Shown piece by piece: positions 36,245 to 48,354 of a DNA stretch of 64,000 nt. The notes beneath the pieces were generated by a model. The model had not been told where the DNA came from. It was given only the letters and a program-made list of their open reading frames with translations, and did not search any database. The stretch covers positions 2,046,001 to 2,110,000 of the forward strand of contig JBLDXI010000024.1 of the NCBI GenBank assembly GCA_047495785.1. Reading direction: 5' to 3'. The DNA is from Lepidodermella squamata. Lineage: Eukaryota; Animalia; Gastrotricha. The translations under genes and the position numbers were made by a program. Numbering within the stretch: the first letter of the stretch is position 1; every line of letters starts with the position of its first letter.

Positions 36245-37171
36245 CCTTCGATGATTTTTTCACGAGTTGCACCAATCATAGTCGTCAGTACAATCCTTTT
36301 CAATACTCACTGCAAACTCGTATCGTCATGAGCAAACAGAGAGATTAGTAAACAACAATCGCCATAATAAAATGTATCTTCAATATAACAGAAAATCATG
36401 AACCTTGCTGACATCGGAAACTGAAACGGACTGAATTGTTCACGATTTTTCACGAAAAATCATTGATTCGACTTGTAAATGGTAATAGATAAAATAATAG
36501 AAATTAATATCATGGAAAAATATTAAAGTAAGAATTGATGGAAATGGAAAAATTAATATGTTTAGATGGTGTTCGGATGCTAAAATCTAAAAATCCTTGA
36601 TTGTATGACCAACTGTATACCTGAAAGAAAATATTTTACAGTATTTTTACTGAGAGATTTACTGAGAGATCGTCCCCTGCTTTCCACGAACAATGGCTGC
36701 TACCTTGAAAGGTTGGTCGAACAGGTAGCGGTTAGCGGTTGGCATAGAAAAATCGCGCAGCCAATCGAGCTAAAATGCATCCTGCCTGGGTAAACAGAGA
36801 CGGCATAGTAAAGTAATAAAGGATTACATCCTAATGTACTATCATAATACCATCCTAATCTAATAGTAATCTAATAGTAGTATAATTATAATAGTAATCT
36901 TGTACGAATTCAGAGTCCGAAAGTTGCAGAGGTTCCTCATTCCCGAAACGAATGTCCGATTATCGTTGTTTCGTTTCGAGAAGTTTATTTTGTATTCCCT
37001 CATAAGAATGGGTTACAATGGACAATAGAAATTAAAAAATCCGATATTCATCCAGCGTGTTTGAATGATTACCAACTGTGATGCGATATTGAATTAAGCT
37101 CAGATCAACACTGATTGGCACCTTCACGAGTGATGCGAGTGTACAAAGGTGATATGAAACCGCAGTCGACA

Positions 37172-39514
37172 TCACACCGCGAGATCTTGCAGATTCTTCA
37201 AATAGTTATATATCTCGCAGAAAATACACATTTCTGCGATATTTTCATTACGAGCTTTTCCGTCGTTCTGCAACCCACCACGCACAGCGCCGCCAAGCTT
37301 GAAAGGATGTCCGAATAGATGCTGTTTCGCGTCAAAAATCTCGCGGATTGTCTTTCGGGCTAAATAACCATTAGGAAGCTGCAGAAGAATATTATTAGGA
37401 ATGAGGATAAGAAATACTCTTGGATTACCGTATAATATTGCGACCATCCAAGGCTGTTGATGATCTCGAGCGAATTTCGAAGGCGGCACCCGTGAAAAGC
37501 ATTGGCCACAGCTATCTCAGCGTAAACACTGTGATTGTAACTCATTTCGAAAATCGGCAGAATGTAATCGAAATCCTTCTTCGCCAGGTAAAAAATATCC
37601 GCTAACCCGCCGAAAACTCTATTTGCACCGTGTAAATTCTTCACCAAATTTCGATGGCACATGACCTTCACTGATTCATTTGAGGAGTGAAGTTCCTTTA
37701 GGCAGAAGTTGGAAGAAAAAATCTAGCGTCATGGCAAAAATTACCTGGTAAAAGGACTCTACTTGGTTCTTGTATCTATCGGGGTAAATTATCCAAGGAA
37801 GGGAACTGTTGCAGGTTTTGGAATAGAGCGGACCCGTTCGTCGTCCACCGAAATAAAGCTGTGACTCGTTGTTGCAACTCTTTAAACTAGAAATATCATA
37901 GGCAACCATCCATGGCATTACATAACTTTTCCTCGGGTCCACCTCAAAACGCGTTGGGTATATAGCAGATGCCAAATGTTGAACATCACGTCATCTTGGA
38001 TAAGCCAGATGCCATCGAGATCTTCAAATAAATCAGATCGCTGATTCCTAATTACATCAGTAGCTAGATTCAGGCACATATGGATGCCCTCGCCACGCTC
38101 AGGCAAAACTTCGCGCCTTCCTTTGGTGTAGTCCAGGTACAGATCTGAGAGAAGAGCGACAACCTTTTCCGGCCACATGGAGGCGATCGACTCGTTAAAT
38201 GTTCTATTGGATATGGATGCGCCACAGAAGCGAACGTCGGCGAAAAAGGGGCCATATAAAGCGAAGAGAACTGGAGCGACGTAGTAGTTATTTGCCCAAT
38301 TGAAAGAGAATACCACTGCACTGTTCCTGCTCAATCTTCGGGCGTTGTCTCTTGCGCAGTGCTTCTCAACCTTTTTTCGTAGAGGGCCATTTTCTAACTC
38401 ATTTTCTATCCCTTCGGGCCGCATGACTTAGGGTCTCGCCGGCGGGCCGCTACCACTGTATTGTGAGAACACATCGGGCCGCATGTTTCTAATGTGAGCG
38501 AAATTCAACAGATATATTTGCTGTTTAGTCGCTAATTTTATTGCCATGAAATTCGAAACACAAAATTCAACCAAAATTGGGCATTCACGAGTAAGTATTG
38601 AACCCGTTAAATGAAATAATCATAAACCTTAAACCCATATCGAAAGAAATTCTAGTTACTCCAGTGTCGTTATGGCAACTGTTATTTATAAATAACAGCG
38701 GGCTTTTGTTGTTTATAACAATAAAATATATATTGTATTAGAAATTATCAAACAAGTATCATGCTTTAAGAGCAATTTTTATGAGATAACAATGTCATTT
38801 CCGCTCATCGCAAATAACGGGCTTTGAGGGCTTCTGAAAAAATGATTAGCGTGAATGAACGAATAAGGGAATGAGTGGCTTTATAAACAGCGTTAAGCTC
38901 GGTGGCGTATCCAGGATTTTTGTTTGGGGTAATAATTGTTCACCCTCGGCCTCGAAAAACTAATTGAAAAATCAATTCGCGAGCGAAGCGAGCTTTAGCT
39001 GGCGCTTTTTTGTGCATTTTCAACCCGAAAATGGGCTTAAAATGCATTAAAATATGGATGATTTGTAGGAACCCTGTAGTTGGACGTCGCTTGGGCATCG
39101 CTTGGACCTTAAAGCTATTTAAAAATGAATGATAACTAGGCTTGCGGGCCGCAACCAATGCAAGTTACCTAGTAGAGTGCTGGGCCGCACAAAATCAGGC
39201 TGCGGGCCGCATGCGGCCCGAAAAATGGAGGTTGAGAAGCACTGCTCTTGCGGTAATCATTTGACGAATGCTCGTGATTGGCGGCGGAATTTGATTTGGC
39301 TTCCGAACGCAATCCTTTAATAGCAAATTTGGTTGCAAATGCTGCCTTGTATGAGGGTGTCAATTGCTGAAATAACTTGTCGCCACTCCAATTTACGTGG
39401 ATCTTCCCGCGCAAATTCCCGTCTGAATGAAGACGTATGATAGATGAGGAAGGTTGGTATTGGCAGAATAGAACAGAGGACCAACATAGAAACGAAACGG
39501 TCAGCATTTTTCAT
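37172..39514 (-). pseudogene. STELLO/DUF288-like gene, copy B2 (disrupted)
   Basis: Same motifs and introns as B1 and B3. hAT MITE in exon 1; frameshifts near 37960 and 39325. Confidence 0.8.
38357..39244. mobile_element. hAT (Charlie-like) MITE
   Basis: TIRs CAGTGCTTCTCAACC and GGTTGAGAAGCACTG; 8-bp TSD CTCTTGCG at 38349-38356 and 39245-39252; subterminal GGGCCGC repeats. Confidence 0.93.
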
Positions 39515-40294
39515 TTATATACTCGGCGTGAATTTGCGATAAACTACACAAGAAAAAAAACGGTCCGTAATCAGGCTCCCCCTAAATTTAGGGATAGGCA
39601 CTAAAATCAAAGGGTTGTAAAGTGCTCTTTTTCAGGGCTACGAATTCACACCATACTAATTGAGCATCCCCAAATTAAGCGGTATGCAATTAGAGGATGG
39701 ATAATTTAATTAAAAACTCCAGAATTTTCGTCATATTAAATATGCGCATATGCTAATTAGGCACCGAGTCCGAGTCGTATTCATGAAAGAGACAAAATTG
39801 GCATAGGTTCACACGTGCTTATCAATTAGATTGGAATTTTCGAGGTTTTTGCCAATAATTCAGTAGGTGATAATTTGGCATTGCTTGCAATAATCAATTA
39901 GGTATCCCCCGAATTCGGACCAATCTTTTCTTCTGTAGAGTGCGGGACCTGAAAGTCGGACCTGAAAGTCCTGAAAGTGAAGAATGGTATTTTCAAGGTT
40001 AGCATATCATTTTCAGAAATCAAAGTTGGGAAAATGAACATAATTTAGTGGAAGTTTGTCATATATTTCCCTAATAGAGTCTCACATTATTCTATTCTAA
40101 AAATAACTCCTAAATGTTAATTTAAGGTAGCTCCGATATCAGATTCTTTCGACAACCTGGTGATTCCTCATAGAGGTATACGCTATATTCGTGTTTTATT
40201 CAGTCGCAGAAGTGAAATATTACCTTTTTACAACGGTTACCAGGTTTTGAGAATAGTTTTGAGATCACAGCTTGAGAGACAGTAATAGAACTGA

Positions 40295-41774
40295 TCACTC
40301 TGTAAGTCTCTGCAGCTTCTTGGCGTAGTCATAGATCTCGCAGAAAATACAATTTTCCGCCATACTATCCCTTCGAGCTTTCCCGTCGTTCAGCAGAGCT
40401 CCCCGAACAATGGCCGCCAGCTTGAATGGGTGACCAAAAAGATACTGCTTTGCATCATAAACATCGAGTATAGACTTTCGACCAAGACTACCGTCCGCTC
40501 GCTGTGTAAATGCAACATTTTGCGAGGCTGATTATAAAAAATACAAGTTTACTATGAAATATTGAGCCCATCCTAGATTGTTGATGATCCCAGACGAATT
40601 CAAAGGCCGACAGCCGTGGAAAGCTGTAGGCACTGCTATCTCAGCGAAGACACTGTGATTATAGTTCATTTCGAATATCGGCAATATATGGTCAAAATCC
40701 TTCTTCGCCAGGTAAAAAATATCGGCCAATCCACCGAAAACTCTTCGCGCCCCATTCGAATTGACCAACAGATTTTGATAACAGTGAAGCTTTACTGATT
40801 CATTCGACAACTTCAGTTCCTGGAGTAGGGCTTGTTTTGAAATTATTTCAAGAATAAGCACTCATTGTTACCTGGTAAAATGCCGCTACTTGGTTCTTGT
40901 AATTCCCCGAGTAGATTCCCCAAGGAGTAGCTTGAATGCATTCCCCTGATTCAAGCGGACCCGTAAGTCTGTCACCGAAATAAATTTGAGTTTCATTGTT
41001 GCAGCTTTTTAAACTTGAAATGTCATAGGCTATCATCCATGGCATGACATAACTAATTCCTGGGTACATGTCGAAATGTGTCGGATAAAGTAGATGCCAT
41101 ACATTGAACACGACGTCATCTTGGATTAGCCAGATTCCGTCTAATTGCTCATATAAATCAGGTCTCTGACTCCTAATACCATCGACTGCTAAATTCAGGC
41201 AGTAATAGATCCATTCGCCATGCTCAGGCATCAGTTCTCTCCGGCCTCCGGTATGGTCAATGTAAAGTCGTGAGAGAAAGTCAGCAATCTTCACTGGCCA
41301 CATTGATGCGATCGATTCATAAAATTTTCTGCTCGGCTTCGATATGCCACAAAATCGAACGTCGGCGAAAAAAGTGCCGTATAAAGCGAGTAAAACCGGC
41401 GCGATGTAGTAGTGGCTTGCCCAATTGAACGTGAAAACTATCGCACTGTTGCGGCTCAATCTTTTAGCATTTTCCTTTGCAGCTATCATATGCTCGAGGC
41501 TTGTAATCGGTGGCGGGATGTGTTGCGGCTTAAGAGCACAGTCTTTGAAGGGCATGTAGCTTTTGCTGCATATACTACGTTGAATGATACTGTCGGCCAT
41601 TGAAGCGATCTGGTCCAACTCCAACTTGTGCGGATCTTCCCGCATCGAACTTCTCCGATGGCTTTCGACTTCTTTTATGGCTGAAAACGATTGGAAACGA
41701 TAAATGAAAAAGGTAGGGATTATGAACAAAGAACAGAGGAAGAACAGGCCGGTGAATAAATTTACGATTTTCAT
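40295..41774 (-). CDS. STELLO/DUF288-like type II membrane protein, copy B3 (intact, 3 exons)
   Basis: ATG at 41774. Phase-0 introns 40820-40871 (52 nt) and 40502-40552 (51 nt) give a continuous frame FYQ/ELKLS...QYFI/RADGS...LQRLTE-stop. GIWLIQDDVVFNVW motif. Confidence 0.78.
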
Positions 41775-42396
41775 GTTCGGATTCAAACTATAGATATCTA
41801 GATTTAAACTGTAAAAGATGGCTGAATCCTCGCAGTGAACCTAAGCCAATCGTGCCAGGTGAATCCGCTGGTGTCTCGTTCCTCATTCCTATCATTCTTG
41901 AACGACGCGTAGCAACATTGTGATCCTGTTTCATTAATTATGCAAATTTTGTGTGAAAAACAATTATTTTTCCAGGGACATTTTGCGTGCAAAAGTTTCT
42001 TGTTTCCGGTTTTATGAAAAGTTTGCATAATTCATGAAACAAGATCAACATGTTGCTAAGGCTAGTATCTGGCTAGTTGTAAACGCCTACCACCAGAGAT
42101 TTGTCATGCATTATTTACTTTTTTGTATAGCATTGCACCGCTCAGCAAGGGCAGTTTGATGCTCGATAATAAAGAATATCACAGATGACTTTCACAGATA
42201 GACCAATGACAAAATAATTCGGTTTTATCCTCGTTGGGCGAACTTGAACACTGTTTCATGGTGCGGCTTAATTTATTTGGAGTAAACAGTGCTTAAAATT
42301 TAAAGATCGTTTATCATTCAAAGGTATAAACAATGGCTGTTTTTACTTTTGATCTTCTTCAAGGTAAACATAAGGATCTCCTGTGCCAGGAATCTC

Positions 42397-44778
42397 TTAC
42401 TTTTCCAGTGAATGAAAGTAGCTCGTGCTTTGAACTTTGCTGATTGATCCAGCGGTTTGAATCTGCGAGCCTTCAACCCCACGTTGCGATTGCTGACTCC
42501 TGATACTTCGCGTCATTTGACTTCGAACGTTTACGTAGGCTTTCTGCAGGTTTTCCTTTAACGTCATGTAATAGAAAACCGCGCCAACCGCCATTGACTC
42601 AAGCAACATTGCGACAGCCGCTGTCAAAGACCGAACTACACTCGTCTGAACGATGAATTCGACGGCAATTGTAGCGAAGAAAAGCGACGATATTATGATA
42701 ACGCAGATTTGGCACAGCCGAACGTCACGGTATCGACTTGAAGCCACGCGACTTTTCAACTTCAGGGCAGCGTAAATTCCCAGCATTATCGGCAGGGTGT
42801 TTACAGCTAAAAGAGCGCCAACCCATGAAAGGTAGTTCTCGCTAACGCAGGTAACACCCCACTCTCTTAGGTAAGTATCACTTTTGGGTATGTAAGTCGG
42901 CTTGGGGTTCATCTGGCCTTCAATCAACTCAAGCGGATCAACATTCAACCAGGTAGCTAAAATGATGCAAGTCGTGCAAAAAAATAGGAAAGTAGGGACC
43001 AGGAATCGGGTGTTGTTCCTATCAGCTTCAGGAGGTTGTCTAAGGGTTCCATTGGCTACTGCAGTAACCCTCAGCGCGAATTGCCTGGCAATATAACGGT
43101 GGGCGAAGAAAAGTCGAAGCCCAATGCAGGAATTTACGATGCTGACCCCAAGAACTGATAGGACGACTTGGATCGTGCAAATACTAGCACTCATCATACC
43201 ATTGGTAACAGCTAAAGATGCCGCCGCTGCGTCAAGTAGGATGCATCCTACGGTAAGGATGACCTTGGTCCATTTCAAGCCCGACTTTGCTTGGGTAAGT
43301 TTATCCAGGGTGATAGAATTGCTCGTAAAACTTATTTGGAGTAGAGTTAGTCCTCCGGAAATCGCAGCTATCGTTCCAAACGCCTTCATAGAAACTTCCA
43401 CTGTGATATTGGCGTGAATTGCCGTGTCTCTCGGTAGAATTAGGGGGGATCTATCCACAAGCTCGACGTAGTAGTTGTTGGGATCTGTGGCGGTTGCATT
43501 TTCACGGCAAATGACTCGATGACTTATGAAAAGTCCGCGAGATCTAGAGTATCTCGTAACCAACTGCGCTTCATTATCAAACTCCCCGCGGCTTGAGTAG
43601 AAGAACTTGCCGTGGCGTAGATTTCGAAAATTAATCCGGTACGCACTCTCATTAGCAACGAGCATTATCTCCCGCGATCTTGTGCGGTAATCCCTGAGGG
43701 TCAAATTTCGCTTCGCCAACACGTTTTCAGTGTCATTCAGCGTCACCAATGTCTGGAGAGCCCTGTCATAACAGAGATGTCGGAAGTCGTAGTCCGGAGT
43801 TCGCGAAAAGTTAGTATATTGATCGAAAGCTGCTTCGAACTCCTCTCGAGTATGTCCTAATGTAGTTCGCCCAGCAACCGGATTCAGCCCGTCGAATGGG
43901 GATCCGACAAACATTGACTGCTCGTACTGAGTGATGATGATCTCCCTGGTACAGCCAGGGAAGATGACCGGGTCCAAATTCGTAGGGTTATTGAATGTCA
44001 AGAGTTGGAAAACGAAAAAGTACTTCGGGCCTGTGATGCCGAATTTGTAGGCCTGGCATAAAAATCTCAAACCCGCGAGCCCTTCGGCAGACTCGAACGC
44101 GAATATTCGGATATCTGCCTCTTTTAGCACAGCCATCGTATCGTCGTTGTAGTCCGGGCTAGCCTCGAAAGCTGCCATATCAAAGCCGAAATTAGCCGCA
44201 ATGTTGTAGGAAATTGAAGCAGTTTCGAAATTGAACGGGTTTGTGTTCATATTCATAAGTACCGCAATTCTTCGCCAGGGTGTTTGAGTTTTCAAGAAAT
44301 GGAGCCTGGCGTATAGGGGTAGCTCAGCCGGACTCCTGGTTCGGTAGAAGGTCGGGTATCGATCTCGCCTCGCCGTTTGGGATGGGATGGTGCAAGACCC
44401 AGTAATCGCGACCATGTCTACATGCTGGGCAGCTCTTCCCCATGCAACACAGCCCAGTGTTAGTAAGGGGCCCATTCCTATTGGCGACTGGTACATCTCA
44501 GTTTGTTCGGACATTGCTCGGACGTAGCGGATGCCTTTCGATATCGACAAGCCCCCAGCGGCACTTTCATCTTCGTAAACGACTTCTACGTGGTAGTCCT
44601 TCATCAAATCATCTCGTTGGTTGACCTCATCGACTACCATTTGCTGGGCAGCCTTGCATAACTGATTGTTTCGAGGTTCATAACCCGTGAATGCGTTCAG
44701 TGAAAGAATGCTGAGCCTGTACGGCTTTTTTGATGCAGCGAGACCAACTAATGCAAAAAAGAGCAAGAAAAACTTCAT
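42397..44778 (-). CDS. Class C GPCR, GABA-B-receptor-like, intronless
   Basis: Signal peptide MKFFLLFFALVGLAAS; Venus-flytrap motifs (VDEVNQRDDLM, RYPTFYRT, WRRIAVL, LCQAYKFGITGPKYFF); no Cys-rich linker; multiple TMs with WLNVDPL and TCVSEN. Confidence 0.85.
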   Translation of the reverse strand: MKFFLLFFALVGLAASKKPYRLSILSLNAFTGYEPRNNQLCKAAQQMVVDEVNQRDDLMKDYHVEVVYEDESAAGGLSISKGIRYVRAMSEQTEMYQSPIGMGPLLTLGCVAWGRAAQHVDMVAITGSCTIPSQTARRDRYPTFYRTRSPAELPLYARLHFLKTQTPWRRIAVLMNMNTNPFNFETASISYNIAANFGFDMAAFEASPDYNDDTMAVLKEADIRIFAFESAEGLAGLRFLCQAYKFGITGPKYFFVFQLLTFNNPTNLDPVIFPGCTREIIITQYEQSMFVGSPFDGLNPVAGRTTLGHTREEFEAAFDQYTNFSRTPDYDFRHLCYDRALQTLVTLNDTENVLAKRNLTLRDYRTRSREIMLVANESAYRINFRNLRHGKFFYSSRGEFDNEAQLVTRYSRSRGLFISHRVICRENATATDPNNYYVELVDRSPLILPRDTAIHANITVEVSMKAFGTIAAISGGLTLLQISFTSNSITLDKLTQAKSGLKWTKVILTVGCILLDAAAASLAVTNGMMSASICTIQVVLSVLGVSIVNSCIGLRLFFAHRYIARQFALRVTAVANGTLRQPPEADRNNTRFLVPTFLFFCTTCIILATWLNVDPLELIEGQMNPKPTYIPKSDTYLREWGVTCVSENYLSWVGALLAVNTLPIMLGIYAALKLKSRVASSRYRDVRLCQICVIIISSLFFATIAVEFIVQTSVVRSLTAAVAMLLESMAVGAVFYYMTLKENLQKAYVNVRSQMTRSIRSQQSQRGVEGSQIQTAGSISKVQSTSYFHSLEK

Positions 44779-45641
44779 TTTTGAAAAGTTTCGAATGAAC
44801 CGATTGGCCAATGAGCTCGCCCAACTTGTTAGTAAGACTAATCAAACATATTGCTCCTACGTGCCTAGCCAATACCAATTAGCCGTAAAGTAAAAGCATA
44901 GGTAAACAGGATAAAAAGGTAGGGATTTTATGAACGAGTACCGCCCCCAAAGATTGCTTATTTGGATTCCTGTTTGAAACTGCACTCCTTTGAATTAAGG
45001 TTCAAGCGTGAATCAGCACATTCGTTTAACCGAAATGATATCAATCAGTCTTAACAGCGTCGCTGGTCAAAATGTACAAGTTAACAAGCATTTCTAAATA
45101 GAGACAGCCGACAATCACGCATGCATTTTGTCCCAAAAGCTACTCCTATCGTTCGTAATTTTAATTCCATAAATTCTATCTTGGTGTAAAATGAACTCAT
45201 GGAACCGAATGTACCTAAAATGTCACTTTTCTTTTATCATTGAGAACATAGTGATCACAAACATTCTCTATGTCTTATATCAATATTCTCTCTATTTGCT
45301 CACCATGAAGCCGTAGTAAACCGAAGAACCAATGTTCAAGCTTCATGCTTCATGCAAAGTTTATTTATACACTGCTAAAAAATGAATGAAGCTATGTTAA
45401 CCTAATATTGTTATTTAGATTTACCCAGTGTTGTGTTGATGAAATATACAGCCAGTTAAGTAGTAATATAGTAAAAAATGCGGGAAATTAGTGTGCATTC
45501 ATTATTTTCTCACGTTAAGGGTGACATAGCACTTGAGACACAAAGATTTAGCATAGTTTACAAGAGGGCTAACGTAAGATTAATACTCATACGTGTCGCA
45601 TGATGCTTCCTCTACACAGGTAACAACTGATCATCCGCTTA

Positions 45642-46826
45642 ATGCTCTTCCAGCATCAAATAAAAGGACGGCGGAATGGATGCAATAAACGCACTTACAT
45701 CTCTATGCTGGCTGTTATTACTTCATTAACTATCTTTACAATGGTGATCAATACAGAATCTGTACATACTTTTTTCACTGGAGCCGCTAAGGTGACAACA
45801 TGGAGCGAACAGGAAATCATGGCCAGCAAGGAACTCATCTTGAAAATGTTAATTCCACGAGCACCTCCCCCTGTCAATATTACAATAGACGATCTTGTGA
45901 AGAATAGCTCAATAGGGTATAACCACTTGCTCAATTATCGGAGAACAAGTGAACATTTTCTTAAACTCGATCGAGCTATACGTCAGCATTTAGCGGCTTC
46001 AACAACAGCAATACCTAAGATTCTTCATCAAACGTGGAAAAACCTGACTTTACCCCATAATTACGAAAACTACCGCCAATCGTGGTTGAAAACACATGTC
46101 AACGGCTGGTTGCATCATTTATGGACGGATGAAGAGAACATGGAGTTAGTTCGGCGTTATTATTCCTGGCTGTTGCCAATCTACGAAAATTTCCCCGTCG
46201 GAATCATGCGGGCTGATCTTATTCGCTACATTTACATGCATCGCTACGGCGGAATCTACGCCGATCTTGATATGGAACCAATTCGGCCGCTGGATTTTCT
46301 AATCGATAAAGCTGAATTTCCAGTTATTTTAGGCTATATGTCGAAAGCAAGTCCAGATCAGCATAACATCCCAGCGAGTTTTACCATCTCCGAGCCCGGT
46401 CATATGTTATGGTCGATGGTATTCGCTACAATCATGGGTAACATTAAAAAATACCCCGTCAATACTCGGCCGGAATATGTGACCGGCCCTTATGCATTTC
46501 ACAAATCAATCGTAAACTATCTCAACATTAGCCCGTATTACAACGATACTCAATCGCCAAAGGAAGCTTTGGGTAACGTAACAGAGATACTTGGCGATCT
46601 GCAAATTCTGAAGCCTGGACTGATCTACCCATACCATTGGATGCTTCGCGATTCAGATATAGGAATGGTTTGCTCTGCCGAGTCGATACTTCACGACCCT
46701 ATTACATGCAAGAACGGCTTTGCAGACGCGTATACAATTCAGTATTCTGGCTATTCTTGGAAGAAGGAATGGGAAAGTTACATAGGCGTCAATTTCAAAG
46801 GCTTTCATAATGTAGCAAAAGATTAA
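45642..46826 (+). CDS. GT32 (OCH1/SUR1-like) DxD glycosyltransferase, intronless
   Basis: N-terminal TM; IPKILHQTWK, LWTDEE, RADLIRYIYMHRYGGIYADLD, TGP motifs. Confidence 0.9.
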   Translation: MLFQHQIKGRRNGCNKRTYISMLAVITSLTIFTMVINTESVHTFFTGAAKVTTWSEQEIMASKELILKMLIPRAPPPVNITIDDLVKNSSIGYNHLLNYRRTSEHFLKLDRAIRQHLAASTTAIPKILHQTWKNLTLPHNYENYRQSWLKTHVNGWLHHLWTDEENMELVRRYYSWLLPIYENFPVGIMRADLIRYIYMHRYGGIYADLDMEPIRPLDFLIDKAEFPVILGYMSKASPDQHNIPASFTISEPGHMLWSMVFATIMGNIKKYPVNTRPEYVTGPYAFHKSIVNYLNISPYYNDTQSPKEALGNVTEILGDLQILKPGLIYPYHWMLRDSDIGMVCSAESILHDPITCKNGFADAYTIQYSGYSWKKEWESYIGVNFKGFHNVAKD

Positions 46827-46834
46827 TATTGTCA

Positions 46835-48354
46835 TCAACGTTTGAAAATTACAAGATCATGATTGAATAAACCAGAAATAGCAAAGGGTGCTGTTTTGCC
46901 TTCAATAATAGCAATTGTAGACGGTTGTGCCTCCAAATTATCAGACGACCAAACAGCCTTTGACAACCAAGATCGCGCTGAGTTACGGGTGAATTTAAAA
47001 ACATGAATCTTATGCCCTTCATAATCGCAAACAAACAAGTTCCCGTGGGAGTCGAAAACCAAATCGCGAGGTTTGTTGGCCTTCATCTCATGATTCGGCG
47101 GCTGGATTGCAAAAGCAATAATAGGGTTGTCGTAAATTCCGGCCAGATCAACGTCAGGATCTTCTTGGTTGACAACGATGAGCATCAAATTACTCTCCCA
47201 CATGTCTCCAATTGCTAGAATCGTTTGCGTGTTCTCGCCCTCAATAGCAGGCATGTTAAACACGGCGCAGTGAGAGACTCGTATTCTGATTTTTGAGGTG
47301 GATGAGCTGATGTAACCAGGGATGTTAGCTAGCTTTATCACATTGACGAGTTTCGCGCTTGGGGTTGTGAGACCATTTTCATCGGGTTTAGACTCGTCGA
47401 TCTTCCATACAGTGACATCGGAACAATCGGCATGGCATGCATAGATGAGGCGCCTTTCGCTGTCGACAGAAATTCCGAGAAAAACACGCGGCCTTTCGAA
47501 ATCCTGCAGCTGTAAGCCACCTCGCCAATTCGAAAGCGGGAATAGTTTCGCTCCTAGCGGCCAGCCGTTTGCTTCGATTTCATTCAGGCGAGACCAGAAG
47601 ATGCCCCTATCTCCGTTCAAACCAACGAGAACGAAATACAGGCAGTCATTTACGATGTCGTAGTCGGCGTGGAAAATGCCGAAAGCAGCGCTCGATTCGT
47701 TGAAAAACACCCGGCTCTTCCAACTCACTACAACATCAGTAGTCTCCACGTTCATTGCCTGCGAACAAGATTTATAGAAAATTTCTTTTATGAGCCAAAA
47801 ACTACCATTATTGTGCCATCGACGCAGACTGCTATCACGTTAGACTGGCTTTTCACTAGGATTTTCACAAAATTTGCACATGACTTGATCAGCTCGAAAG
47901 GTGTTTTGGTCCAAGTCAGACAATAAGCCGAATCAAGGGATGTTGCGAGTCGTTTGAATTGGGTCCATGCATTGCCCAGTTTTTTGTATTTCTTCCTGTC
48001 GTAGTCTTTTATGAGATCAGGCTGCCCCAGAATGTCAATTATTTGCTGAAGAACAAGATTATCCGCGAAAGCATCGATTCCTTTCGCTTGATCTACCGGG
48101 TTGCTCCTGCCACATTTTGGGCAGGAGATGTAAGGCACCATGAAAGTTACCTTACTGCCAACTGATACCGATTGCGACTCTGATAGAGGTGACGACAGTA
48201 ATTCGGCTAGGCAAGGCTGGCAAACAGAGTGTTGGCATTCCGGTAGCACTTTCGGCGACCTCAAAGCTTGACCACAGTGAGGACAGCCGATAGCCTTGCG
48301 ATAGTTTTTCTCACTAGTGCTATAATCGAGCTTAGCTATCGAGTTGAGAGACAT
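46835..48354 (-). CDS. RING-finger plus NHL/beta-propeller protein (2 exons)
   Basis: C3HC4 RING (CPHC...CQHSVCQPC...CPKC) and FADNLVL. A 47-nt GT-AG intron at 47759-47805 joins DGTIM/AMNVE. NHL-like KPRDLVFDSHGNLFVCDYEGHKIHVF. Confidence 0.8.

Larger units (their letters stand above)
34436..39790 (+). repeat. Segmental duplication copy 2
   Basis: Collinear with 2567-13040. Lacks the CR1 piece, LTR element and full LINE; carries its own hAT MITE. Confidence 0.9.

Noticed and set aside
1033-46826. Bacterial operon or contamination reading of the intronless glycosyltransferases
   Set aside because: They are interleaved with spliceosomal-intron genes and animal-type transposons and have Golgi-type type II anchors.
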